64,000 nt of DNA, taken from assembly GCA_022571845.1 (NCBI GenBank), contig JACZXB010000002.1, positions 43,979-107,978 on the forward strand, in the 5' to 3' direction. A program made the position numbers and the translations under genes. The notes below the pieces were generated by a model, which saw only the letters and a program-made list of their open reading frames with translations, had not been told where the DNA came from and made no database searches. Positions 56,159-64,000 of this stretch are shown one piece after another. How positions within the stretch are numbered: position 1 is the first letter of the stretch; each line of letters begins with the position of its first letter. Source of the stretch: Candidatus Zixiibacteriota bacterium (GTDB taxonomy: Bacteria > Zixibacteria > MSB-5A5 > GN15 > FEB-12).

Positions 56159-57466
56159 ATGTTTAGCAAAAAATATAATAAACTGATTCTAATTTCAGTA
56201 TTGCTGGCTTTTTCGATGGGACTGCTGGTAGCTGTCACAGCTCAGGAAGAGGCTCCGGAAAAAGCTCTGGTAACAGCCCAGAAGGAGCCAATCAAAAACT
56301 TGCAGTTTCAGTCTGCCGATATCCGCTCGGTACTCAGTTTTCTGGCCGATTATGGAGATGTTAACGTAGTCGTTGCTCCCGATGTTCAGGGTGCCGTAAC
56401 AATCAAGCTGACCAATGTCCTTTGGCGTAATGCCTTAGACATCATTGGACGCACTTATGGCCTGGCTGTAGTTGATGAACCCAGCGGCTATATAAGAGTG
56501 TTAACGAAAGTAAACTATCGCAAAGAGAAATCAGAGCAGGAAAAGCATAAGAAAGAACAGCGCGAACTGGTAGAACTGGAAACCAAAATTATTAAAATTG
56601 CTAACTCTACCTCTGATGATATTGCCAAGACCGCCAAATCTCTTTTAACTGAGAGAGGCGAAGTGATTAGCGACTCTCGCTCAAATTCAATAATTCTGCG
56701 CGAAGTTCCTGCAAATATGGAAAAAGTTACGAAGCTCATTGCAGAACTGGACAGACCTGCCAGGCAGATTAAAATATCAACTCAGTTACTAGAAGTATTC
56801 ACCAATGATCTGCGAGAGCTTGGCATCGCCTGGACCGTAGCGGGTACTTATACAACCCAGTCCGGTCGCTCGTATCCTCAAAAAGGAGAAGTGCTTACTG
56901 CACGCGGCACCGATGTAGCCGGCCGTTATTCGGTTAGCGCTATCCAACGTGGCTGGTCAGTGGATGCTATCGTAGAGGCGCTGGTAAGCTCCGGTAAAGG
57001 AAGAATTATTGCTCATCCGGAAATAACCACCTTAGAAAACAAAACTGCCAGGATTCAGGTGGGTCAAAAAATACCGGTTAAGCAGTTTGATCAATCAGGA
57101 AACGTAGTTATAAAATTTGAAGAAGTAGGCACTATTTTAGAAGTTACACCACACATAACTGCCAAAAATCGAATTCTCATGCATCTCAAACCCGAGAGAT
57201 CAACTTACCAGTTTGATCCCAACGGAGTTATTATTAATACCAGCAACGCCGAAACAAATGTAATTGTTAATAACGGTCAGACAGCTGTTATAGCCGGTTT
57301 GACAACTCAGGACGAAGTAGAGTCCGAGGTTGGTATTCCGATCCTAAAAGATATTCCTATTATAGGTGTGCTTTTCAGATTCCGTCAGACTAAAACAGAA
57401 AGCCGTGACCTGGTGATTTTTGTAACTCCTACCATAGTCGAAGAAGAGCTGGCCTTAGGCGACTAA
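56159..57466 (+). CDS. pilQ: Type IV pilus secretin PilQ (short form, no AMIN domain)
   Basis: 435 aa. N0/STN-like LQFQSADIRSVLSFLADYGDVNVVV. Secretin C-domain GRIIAHPEITTLENKTARIQVGQKIP...VIAGL...IPILKDIPIIGVLFR...LVIFVTPTIV. Confidence 0.85.
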   Translation: MFSKKYNKLILISVLLAFSMGLLVAVTAQEEAPEKALVTAQKEPIKNLQFQSADIRSVLSFLADYGDVNVVVAPDVQGAVTIKLTNVLWRNALDIIGRTYGLAVVDEPSGYIRVLTKVNYRKEKSEQEKHKKEQRELVELETKIIKIANSTSDDIAKTAKSLLTERGEVISDSRSNSIILREVPANMEKVTKLIAELDRPARQIKISTQLLEVFTNDLRELGIAWTVAGTYTTQSGRSYPQKGEVLTARGTDVAGRYSVSAIQRGWSVDAIVEALVSSGKGRIIAHPEITTLENKTARIQVGQKIPVKQFDQSGNVVIKFEEVGTILEVTPHITAKNRILMHLKPERSTYQFDPNGVIINTSNAETNVIVNNGQTAVIAGLTTQDEVESEVGIPILKDIPIIGVLFRFRQTKTESRDLVIFVTPTIVEEELALGD

Positions 57467-57487
57467 ATTTTAGCCGAAATTATCTCT

Positions 57488-57525
57488 AAAAAGCCCGTTT
57501 CTTAGTAGGAAACGGGCTTTTTCTG
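57488..57525 (+). terminator. Rho-independent terminator after pilQ
   Basis: Stem aaaagcccgtttc / gaaacgggctttt with loop ttagtag, followed by a T-rich tract. Confidence 0.8.
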
Positions 57526-57602
57526 TCTAAACCGATTGATAAATCTACCGATAAATATCTATAAGCAATTCTTATGATTTAAAAAGTTGAATAATTCAAA
57601 TA

Positions 57603-59708
57603 ATGGGAGAGAACATGTTTAAGTTCTATCAAGAAAAATCGATGGTCAAATCAGTTTTGACTTTGTCTCTGGCCGTAATGTTAATTGCCGGATGCAGCTC
57701 AAAAAATATTGTGGATGACACGCCTGCCGGAAGTACGCTATCTCTAATAGTGAGTCCAGCTACTATTGAAACCAATACTACCGCGATTGTTACAGCAACA
57801 GTTACTTCGTCAGGTACGCCTCTTGCGAATCGCGTTGTTAATTTTACTGTGTCTCCCTCGACTTCTGGCTACTTTACTCCCACAGCCGACACAACCGATG
57901 CCAGTGGCGTAGCTGCGGTTGTATTTAACGCCACCACATCCGGCTCTATTAACATTAGTGCTACGGTAGAAAATACTTCTATCAGCAACGTGAGTGCTGC
58001 TACTATAACAGACGCTCCGCAACAGGGCAGCGGCAATGTGACTATTTCTGTTACCCCGAGTCTGCTCTTGGCCAATGGAGCTGATACTTCGATTGTCACG
58101 ATTACGGTCCGCGATGCACTGGGACAGCCAGTTGCGGACGGAATAAACATTTGGATTACCGCTGGCGAAAAATTCGAAGACAAAGACAGCAACGGCTACT
58201 GGACCTCAAACGTAGATTCCCTGATTTTTGATGCCAACGCTAACGGCCAGTGGGACGCTCTCGGTTTGATTCCGGCTACCGCCGTAACAGCCGGTGGAGC
58301 AGGTTCTGCTACGGTTAACTATGTTTCAGGCAACGTCGCCTTGACAGTTTATCTAGTTGCTACTGTTAATGATGCAGGAATTAAGGGCAACGCCGAAGTA
58401 CAGCTGCAGGTAACGCCAGACGCAACAGTTGCTTCAATTTATTTAGTCTCAGATTCCATGCAATTGTCGGTTAAGACAACCGGAGGAATTGAATCGGGAA
58501 TCCTTCGTGCTACTTGTTACGATATTAACGGTAATCGCGTCCCGGAAGGTATTCCAGTAAGCTTCATAATTGTGAATGGCCCCGGTGGTGGTGAACATCT
58601 TGGCAATGTCGGCTACGGACCCTTAAATGCAGTAACCAACTCTCAAGGAGAAGCTCAGGCAAGTATCCATTCAGGCACCGTTTCAGGTACAATCAATATT
58701 CGGGCAAGCTCTGATACGATTCTTTCAAACGCAACTCAGGTACTTATTTCCGCAGGACCACCCGCTTATATAGTAATAGGAGCTGAAGTTTGCAACGTGC
58801 CCTTCTGGACTAAAGTAGGAGACGAAAACAAAATATTAGCTATTGTATCAGATATTTATCTGAATCCGGTAAATGATTCCACAGTAGTGTATTTCAGCAC
58901 CGACGAAGGAACTATGAAATCGCATGAGAAAAGAACCCGGGATCATGAAGGTATTGCCACCACCCTCTGGTTTGCCGGCAATAACGTACCTACAGCCGAT
59001 GGTATCGTTGAAATATATGCTGAGACCGCCGGCGGCACAGTAGCCGACACAAGTTTCTTTATAAATAGCCACGTACCGGTAAATATTTTTTCGCTCAACA
59101 TGCCTGCATCTATGCCGGCTGATAATATCTCCAAGGTTTATGTTAACGTTATCGGACTGGACTTAAACGGCAACTTCGTTATTGCCGGAACTAAGTTAAA
59201 TGGCAGAGCCGGGATCCTCGGTGTAGGCAGCGGCCTGCTTGAAAATGGATGCACTTCTTCAGAAGTAGAAATACTGATTGTTTCGACTACACTTAGCAAA
59301 GACTATTCTTTGACAGGCGGCAACGATGATGGCATTGGCGCCATTGACGTGGTCACTTTCTCGTCACCAGGCGGGGGTTCTGTTTCATATAATGTAACAA
59401 TTACAACCGATGTTGCCTATCTTCAAAACTGTGAATTAACTGCACAGGCGACAGCTTTCCCTGGCGAAATTGTAAATATTTCTGTCCTGATTAAGGACCG
59501 TTTTAATAATCCTCTTGGTGACCACACTCTGATAATGACCGCAACTGCGGGAACCGTAGCAAATGGTACCCAGGAAACTAATGCCTACGGTGAAGCCAGT
59601 GGATTCCTCTGGACTGCACCTGGCGCACCCGAAAAGGTGACAATCACCATTCAGGATATAGATCCCCGTGGTGGGTTTACGTTTACTCAAGGTGTAGATG
59701 TACAGTAA
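57603..59708 (+). CDS. Lipoprotein with multiple Big_1 (invasin/intimin-type Ig-like) domains
   Basis: Lipobox VMLIAGCSS. Repeated units such as TAIVTATVTSSGTPLANRVVNFTV...DASGVAAVVFNATTSG and SIVTITVRDALGQPVADGINIWIT. Confidence 0.75.
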   Translation: MGENMFKFYQEKSMVKSVLTLSLAVMLIAGCSSKNIVDDTPAGSTLSLIVSPATIETNTTAIVTATVTSSGTPLANRVVNFTVSPSTSGYFTPTADTTDASGVAAVVFNATTSGSINISATVENTSISNVSAATITDAPQQGSGNVTISVTPSLLLANGADTSIVTITVRDALGQPVADGINIWITAGEKFEDKDSNGYWTSNVDSLIFDANANGQWDALGLIPATAVTAGGAGSATVNYVSGNVALTVYLVATVNDAGIKGNAEVQLQVTPDATVASIYLVSDSMQLSVKTTGGIESGILRATCYDINGNRVPEGIPVSFIIVNGPGGGEHLGNVGYGPLNAVTNSQGEAQASIHSGTVSGTINIRASSDTILSNATQVLISAGPPAYIVIGAEVCNVPFWTKVGDENKILAIVSDIYLNPVNDSTVVYFSTDEGTMKSHEKRTRDHEGIATTLWFAGNNVPTADGIVEIYAETAGGTVADTSFFINSHVPVNIFSLNMPASMPADNISKVYVNVIGLDLNGNFVIAGTKLNGRAGILGVGSGLLENGCTSSEVEILIVSTTLSKDYSLTGGNDDGIGAIDVVTFSSPGGGSVSYNVTITTDVAYLQNCELTAQATAFPGEIVNISVLIKDRFNNPLGDHTLIMTATAGTVANGTQETNAYGEASGFLWTAPGAPEKVTITIQDIDPRGGFTFTQGVDVQ

Positions 59709-59730
59709 TTCAATCTGATATATTGATCAT

Positions 59731-59762
59731 AAAGGCCGCCGATTTTTCGGTGGCCTTTTTTA
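59731..59762 (+). terminator. Rho-independent terminator
   Basis: Stem aaaggccgccg / cggtggccttt followed by a T-run. Confidence 0.75.
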
Positions 59763-59820
59763 ATCGTGCTTTTCTTGAGTACCATATTTTACTAAATTAC
59801 CTCAAATTTGCGAGGAGTAT

Positions 59821-60237
59821 ATGGTCAAAACTGCCGAAATAAAGTTGAAAACAAAAGGGGCTGGAGATTTGATAGATATTACCGACTCAATCAATAAAGC
59901 TGTCAAAGAGTCGGGCATTAGCACAGGCATAGTTACTGTATTCGTACCCGGTTCAACAGCCGGACTGACTACTATAGAATTTGAACCAGGCCTTTTGAAA
60001 GATTTCCCACAGCTAATGGAAAAACTGATACCCTCAAATAAGACATATCACCACGACGAAACCTGGCACGACGGCAACGGCTTTTCTCATCTCCGCTCCG
60101 CTATAATCGGAACAGATATTACCGTCCCATTTGTAAACGGCCAGCTGACTCTGGGCAGCTGGCAGCAGGTCACTTTTTGTGAATTTGATAACAGAGCACG
60201 TTCGAGAACCATAGTCTGTCAGATAATGGGTGATTGA
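59821..60237 (+). CDS. yjbQ: YjbQ/UPF0047-family protein (secondary thiamine-phosphate synthase enzyme)
   Basis: 138 aa. GIVTVFVPGSTAGLTTIE, YHHDETWHDGNGFSHLRSAIIG, LTLGSWQQV. Confidence 0.8.
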   Translation: MVKTAEIKLKTKGAGDLIDITDSINKAVKESGISTGIVTVFVPGSTAGLTTIEFEPGLLKDFPQLMEKLIPSNKTYHHDETWHDGNGFSHLRSAIIGTDITVPFVNGQLTLGSWQQVTFCEFDNRARSRTIVCQIMGD

Positions 60238-60328
60238 GAAACTTATGAAAGTCAAAGCAATTGTAAGGTAAAACAGCTCTATAAAAATCATAGATCAGAC
60301 CAAACTTCCTGCTGAGCTCAACTACCTG

Positions 60329-61246
60329 GTGCTCGATGATTACCAGCAGGTAGTCGAAGCAATTAAAACCCTGAAAGTCAGAGGAGCTCCTGCCATAGGC
60401 ATCGTAGCAGCCTATGGAATGGCTATGGCTGTCTGTAAATTCGAGAAATATGACAAGAGATTCATCGATGTAGTTGCTGAAAAATTTTACTCCTCGCGTC
60501 CTACAGCAGTAAATCTTTTCCTCGCTGTAGACAGAATGAAAACCAAGCTGTTTTCTGAAACTCCTCAAAACATAGAATCAGCCGCTAAGCTGATGTGGCA
60601 CGAGGCCTCGTCGATTCATAACGAAGACCAGCAGATGTGTGAGTCGATAGGTAAAAACGGCGCAGAGCTGATAAGTGTCGGTGACACTATCCTGACCCAT
60701 TGTAACACTGGGGCGCTTGCCACCGGAGGGATAGGCACGGCTCTGGGAGTTATCTATACCTGTCGTGACCAAGGCAAGAAAAACAGAATCTTTGCGGGTG
60801 AAACACGTCCGGTTTTACAGGGCGCCAGGCTAACTGCCTGGGAACTGAAACAGGAAGGAATCCCGGTTACATTGATTTGTGACAATATGGCCGGTATGAT
60901 AATGAAACAGGGCAGAATAAATCATGTCATAGTAGGTGCCGACAGAATCGCAGCAAATGGTGATACTGCCAATAAAATCGGCACCTATCCTCTGGCAGTG
61001 CTTGCTATACATCACAACATTCCATTTTACGTTGCCGCACCGTCAACTTCGTTCGATAATTCAATCAAAACCGGTGCTGAGATCAAAATAGAGGAACGAC
61101 CGGCTTCAGAAATCACTAACGGTTTTGGAAATGTAATAGCGCCTGAAGATATCGAGGTTTACTCTCCTGCCTTTGATATTACTCCCCGTGAACTGATATC
61201 TTTCTTCATTACTGAAAACGGCATACTGCCCGGCGGACGCAGTTAA
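60329..61246 (+). CDS. mtnA: S-methyl-5-thioribose-1-phosphate isomerase MtnA (eIF-2B alpha/beta/delta family); N-terminus interrupted, see finding
   Basis: VRGAPAIG, SRPTAVNL, THCNTGALAT, ETRP.LQGARLTAWEL, VGADRIAANGDTANKIGTY. The conserved N-terminal strand IKIIDQTKLP lies upstream in the same frame, but behind a TAA at 60269..60271. Confidence 0.8.
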   Translation: MLDDYQQVVEAIKTLKVRGAPAIGIVAAYGMAMAVCKFEKYDKRFIDVVAEKFYSSRPTAVNLFLAVDRMKTKLFSETPQNIESAAKLMWHEASSIHNEDQQMCESIGKNGAELISVGDTILTHCNTGALATGGIGTALGVIYTCRDQGKKNRIFAGETRPVLQGARLTAWELKQEGIPVTLICDNMAGMIMKQGRINHVIVGADRIAANGDTANKIGTYPLAVLAIHHNIPFYVAAPSTSFDNSIKTGAEIKIEERPASEITNGFGNVIAPEDIEVYSPAFDITPRELISFFITENGILPGGRS

Positions 61247-61309
61247 TTGCTTTGCTCTTTGTTTGTAGTTGACTAACCTGCTGGTTATCTGCTTTTAAAC
61301 CAGCTACAA

Positions 61310-61903
61310 ATGTTAATCTCAAGAAAACAGCAGTCAGCAATCAAGGCCATAAACTACGACCTTTTTGAAAATATTCAAATTGCGATATCTGAACAAGAGA
61401 TCCTCCAAAAAGAGCAGCCCGGCACACTGCCTTCAGCGGAAACACTTCGCCATCTCTTTAATCGCTTCAACTTTCTATATTTTAATGGAAAACTTACCCG
61501 TCCTGTTATAGAATATTCCAACAGAATGACCTGTGCCGGCAGCTATACACCGGTCAAAAACCTAATTAAGATTAGCCAAAAATATCATGCCATATTCCCC
61601 GATGAAATTGAGGACACTCTCAAACATGAAATGATTCATATGATTCACTTTAACCATAACGCCGCTTTTAAGGTCGAAGCCAAAAGAATAGGAGCCTCGC
61701 TAAAAGCCAAAACGCACCCATCACTTCAAAAGCAGCCTAAATACCTTTATGTCTGCCCCGGTTGCGGTCTTGAGTATCCCAGACAGAAAAAAGTAAGAAT
61801 GTTGTCATGTGGCAGCTGCTCCAGAAGAGGCAGGTTTGACCCGGAATTCAAGCTGAAACTTTCTAAATCATTCACAGCCGGCAGAGAGATTAGTTACGCT
61901 TGA
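61310..61903 (+). CDS. SprT-like zinc metalloprotease with C-terminal zinc ribbon
   Basis: LFNRFNFLYFNGKL (SprT N-motif), HEMIHM (HExxH), CPGCG...CGSC. Confidence 0.7.
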   Translation: MLISRKQQSAIKAINYDLFENIQIAISEQEILQKEQPGTLPSAETLRHLFNRFNFLYFNGKLTRPVIEYSNRMTCAGSYTPVKNLIKISQKYHAIFPDEIEDTLKHEMIHMIHFNHNAAFKVEAKRIGASLKAKTHPSLQKQPKYLYVCPGCGLEYPRQKKVRMLSCGSCSRRGRFDPEFKLKLSKSFTAGREISYA

Positions 61904-61994
61904 CTTAGGAATAATGTTCTGATAACCTTTTCGGAGATATTTTAATATAAATCGAGAAATAAGAACTTGGCAAAGCAGAAATTGGGAGGAGCCG

Positions 61995-62672
61995 ATGAAT
62001 TTTAAGCCATTAATTGCAGAATTTGTAGCAACATTTACTTTGGTATTTATTGGGGTAGGGGCTATAGCAATGGACTATATAACCAATGGTTCGGTTGGCT
62101 TAACAGGTATTGCTATTGCGCATGGTTTGGCAATTACAGTAATGGTCGGCGCTATTGGAGCTATTAGTGGCGGACACATCAATCCTGCCGTAACAATCGG
62201 CTTCTTGACAATAGGCAAAATTGATCTCAAAACCGCTGTCGGCTACCTTGTTTCTCAATGCTTAGGAGCTATTTTTGCGGCCTTTTTGATCAAGCAATGT
62301 ATTCCGGCTGAAGCACTTACGGCAGTTAAGATGGGAACGCCGGCGGTTAGTAACATTGCCAGCGTTACCGTTTCTATGGCTTTAGTCACAGAAATAATCC
62401 TCACATTTCTATTAATGTTTGTGATTTACGGAGTCGCAGTAGACAAGAGGGCGCCCAAGTTTGGGGCCCTTTTAATCGGAATGACTGTTACTCTCGATAT
62501 TTTTATGGGAGGGCCGATTTCAGGGGCCGCCATGAACCCGGCTAGGCATTTAGGACCGGCGCTGATGGGCGGAGGGCTTGAAAACACCTGGATTTACTGG
62601 GTTGGGCCAATAATTGGCTCAGTTTTGGCAGCAATGCTGTGTCATCACATTTTGGCTGAGAAAGATGCCTGA
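61995..62672 (+). CDS. Aquaporin / MIP-family channel (AqpZ-like)
   Basis: Two NPA boxes (GGHINPAVT and GAAMNPARH) and six hydrophobic helices. Confidence 0.9.
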   Translation: MNFKPLIAEFVATFTLVFIGVGAIAMDYITNGSVGLTGIAIAHGLAITVMVGAIGAISGGHINPAVTIGFLTIGKIDLKTAVGYLVSQCLGAIFAAFLIKQCIPAEALTAVKMGTPAVSNIASVTVSMALVTEIILTFLLMFVIYGVAVDKRAPKFGALLIGMTVTLDIFMGGPISGAAMNPARHLGPALMGGGLENTWIYWVGPIIGSVLAAMLCHHILAEKDA

Positions 62673-62794
62673 AACGACTCGCAAATTAACCCTGTGGCAA
62701 AAATCAAATGCGAGATTTTTTAAAGCCAGTATTGACTTTTTCCGACAACTTATTATACTGGGTGGCTCTGTAACTATAATTGAGCTAAAGGAAT

Positions 62795-63229
62795 ATGAAG
62801 ACATACCTACCAAAAATTGATTCGAGCAACCGCAAATGGCATCTGGTTGACCTTGACGGGGTAGTGCTCGGACGTACTGCTGTCAAAGTCGCCAATATTT
62901 TGCGGGGTAAAGATAAGCCAATTTTCACTCCGCATATTGATACCGGAGACCATATAATTGCAGTTAACGCCGGTGGACTGAAAGTTTCCGGTAAGAAACA
63001 AGAACAGAATATGTATTACAGATACTCAGGTTATCCGGGCGGATTAAAAGAAACTTCTTTCCGAAAAAAAATGCAGTCAACGCCCGAATTTGTGTTCATA
63101 CATGCTGTAAAAGGAATGTTGCCAAAAAACAAGCTTGGCCGGAAGATGCTGAAGAAATTGCACGTATATGCCGGAGCCGAACATCAGCATGCTGCCCAGA
63201 AACCAGAGTTGCTGGAAATTAACAAATAG
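62795..63229 (+). CDS. rplM: 50S ribosomal protein L13
   Basis: KWHLVDLDGVVLGRTAVKVANILRGKDKPIFTPHIDTGDHIIAVNA is canonical L13. Confidence 0.95.
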   Translation: MKTYLPKIDSSNRKWHLVDLDGVVLGRTAVKVANILRGKDKPIFTPHIDTGDHIIAVNAGGLKVSGKKQEQNMYYRYSGYPGGLKETSFRKKMQSTPEFVFIHAVKGMLPKNKLGRKMLKKLHVYAGAEHQHAAQKPELLEINK

Positions 63230-63237
63230 GGATATAG

Positions 63238-63630
63238 ATGACCGATAATAAATTTGCAGCGACCGGAAGACGGAAAGAATCAACTGCCAGAGTGATTATA
63301 ACCCAGGGTAAAGGCTCTTTTATAATCAATAAGAAGACTGCCAAAAACTATCTGCTCAGAGATACTGTTTTGCAGTATGCCAGCGAGCCCTTGGAAGCTA
63401 CCGAGATGGCCGCTCAGCTTGACATAGTTTGCATCGCCTCTGGTGGCGGCCTTTCCGGTCAGGCTGGAGCAATCAGATTGGGCATAGCCAGAGCCCTTAT
63501 TCTGCTGAACCCGGATTTGCGGCCAGCGTTGAAGAAAGAAGGCTTTTTAACTCGTGACCCCAGAGCTGTTGAACGTAAAAAATACGGACAGCCGAAAGCC
63601 CGTAAAAAATTCCAGTATTCGAAACGTTAA
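63238..63630 (+). CDS. rpsI: 30S ribosomal protein S9
   Basis: ATGRRKESTARV...GGGLSGQAGAIRLGIARAL...TRDPRAVERKKYGQPKARKKFQYSKR is canonical S9. Confidence 0.95.
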   Translation: MTDNKFAATGRRKESTARVIITQGKGSFIINKKTAKNYLLRDTVLQYASEPLEATEMAAQLDIVCIASGGGLSGQAGAIRLGIARALILLNPDLRPALKKEGFLTRDPRAVERKKYGQPKARKKFQYSKR

Positions 63631-63666
63631 GTTTGTATTGTTTAGATAAGTAAGTTAAATAAGCAA

Positions 63667-63727
63667 CCGCAGCTGACCTGTCTTAGGGTCCCTTAAAACA
63701 GGGTTTTTGACAGGGTGGAAGCAGCGG
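63667..63727 (+). promoter_or_regulatory. Imperfect extended hairpin in the rpsB 5' leader (possible autoregulatory or terminator structure)
   Basis: ccgcagc...cctgtc...ccct-taaaac-aggg-ttttt...gacagg...gcagcgg forms nested complementary arms 30 nt upstream of the rpsB ATG. Confidence 0.25.
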
Positions 63728-63756
63728 TCAAGATTAACCCAAATCTCAGGAGATGT

Positions 63757-64000
63757 ATGCTTTCACCAAAAATTAAAGATTTTTTAGAAGCCGGGGTGCA
63801 TTTCGGCCATCAGACTCGCCGCTGGAACCCCAAAATGAAACCGTTTATTTTTGCCGCTCGCAACGGCATTTATATTATTGACCTCAAAAAGACTCTCAGC
63901 TCACTCGAAGTTGCCAAAACCAAAGTTCGTGAAGTAGTGAGCCGCGGGCGTTCTATTCTGTTTGTAGGCACCAAAAAACAGGCCAAAGCCGTAATAGTCG
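63757..64000 (+). CDS. rpsB: 30S ribosomal protein S2 (5' part; continues beyond window)
   Basis: My translation is [46 protein letters not shown]...[11 protein letters not shown], which is canonical S2. Confidence 0.95.
   Translation, partial: MLSPKIKDFLEAGVHFGHQTRRWNPKMKPFIFAARNGIYIIDLKKTLSSLEVAKTKVREVVSRGRSILFVGTKKQAKAVIV

Noticed and set aside
60269-60271. TAA reassignment (alternative genetic code) as the explanation for the in-frame stop in mtnA
   Set aside because: TAA clearly terminates other well-supported genes in the window (for example rpsI at 63630, pilN at 54006, HAD at 48228), and TGA and TAG also act as stops. There is no evidence for recoding at the genome level.

Overview
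This 64 kb window looks like chromosomal DNA from an uncultivated Gram-negative bacterium. T9SS-type C-terminal sorting domains suggest an FCB-group-like lineage, but I cannot place it more precisely without searches. I support about 50 protein genes, 2 tRNAs (Arg-TCT, Pro-TGG), several rho-independent terminators and a small dispersed hairpin-repeat family.

Layout:
- 1-9.3 kb, minus strand: a signalling gene string of STAS antagonist, RsbW-like kinase, membrane GAF-PP2C phosphatase, Nudix hydrolase, a bactofilin-like/Omp85-like outer-membrane protein, a GAF-PAS histidine kinase and a Hanks Ser/Thr kinase.
- 12.8-36.6 kb: an accessory-looking block of very large secreted proteins.
- 37-48 kb: tRNAs, FapA-like gene, GT-C-like membrane protein, rlmN, S41 protease, HAD phosphatase and ogt.
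- 48.7-51.1 kb: another secreted S8 protease.
- 51.4-59.7 kb: a type IV pilus assembly cluster (fimT-like pilin, pilMNO, AMIN-PilP fusion, pilQ) plus a Big_1 lipoprotein.
- 59.8-64 kb: housekeeping genes (yjbQ, mtnA, sprT-like, aquaporin, rplM, rpsI, rpsB).

The most interesting signal is a strictly C-terminal tandem dockerin-like module that is Cys-framed in four of its six copies. Its signature is xGDxNxDG...ILDLT[FY]LVD[FL]IFRGG repeated twice, followed directly by the stop codon. It occurs on six otherwise different secreted proteins, including three tandem paralogs that share an N-terminal domain I do not recognise. One carrier is an S8 protease that also has a cohesin-like module. The same window encodes T9SS-CTD versions of the same passenger classes, so two parallel export or anchoring tags appear to be in use.

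Other points worth a second look:
- a 27-nt tRNA-Pro 3' fragment forming an att-like direct repeat around a single GT-C gene
- an in-frame TAA at codon 9 of mtnA
- an AMIN domain carried on PilP rather than on PilQ

All calls come from reading the sequence and ORF translations and recognising motifs from memory. No database search was run.
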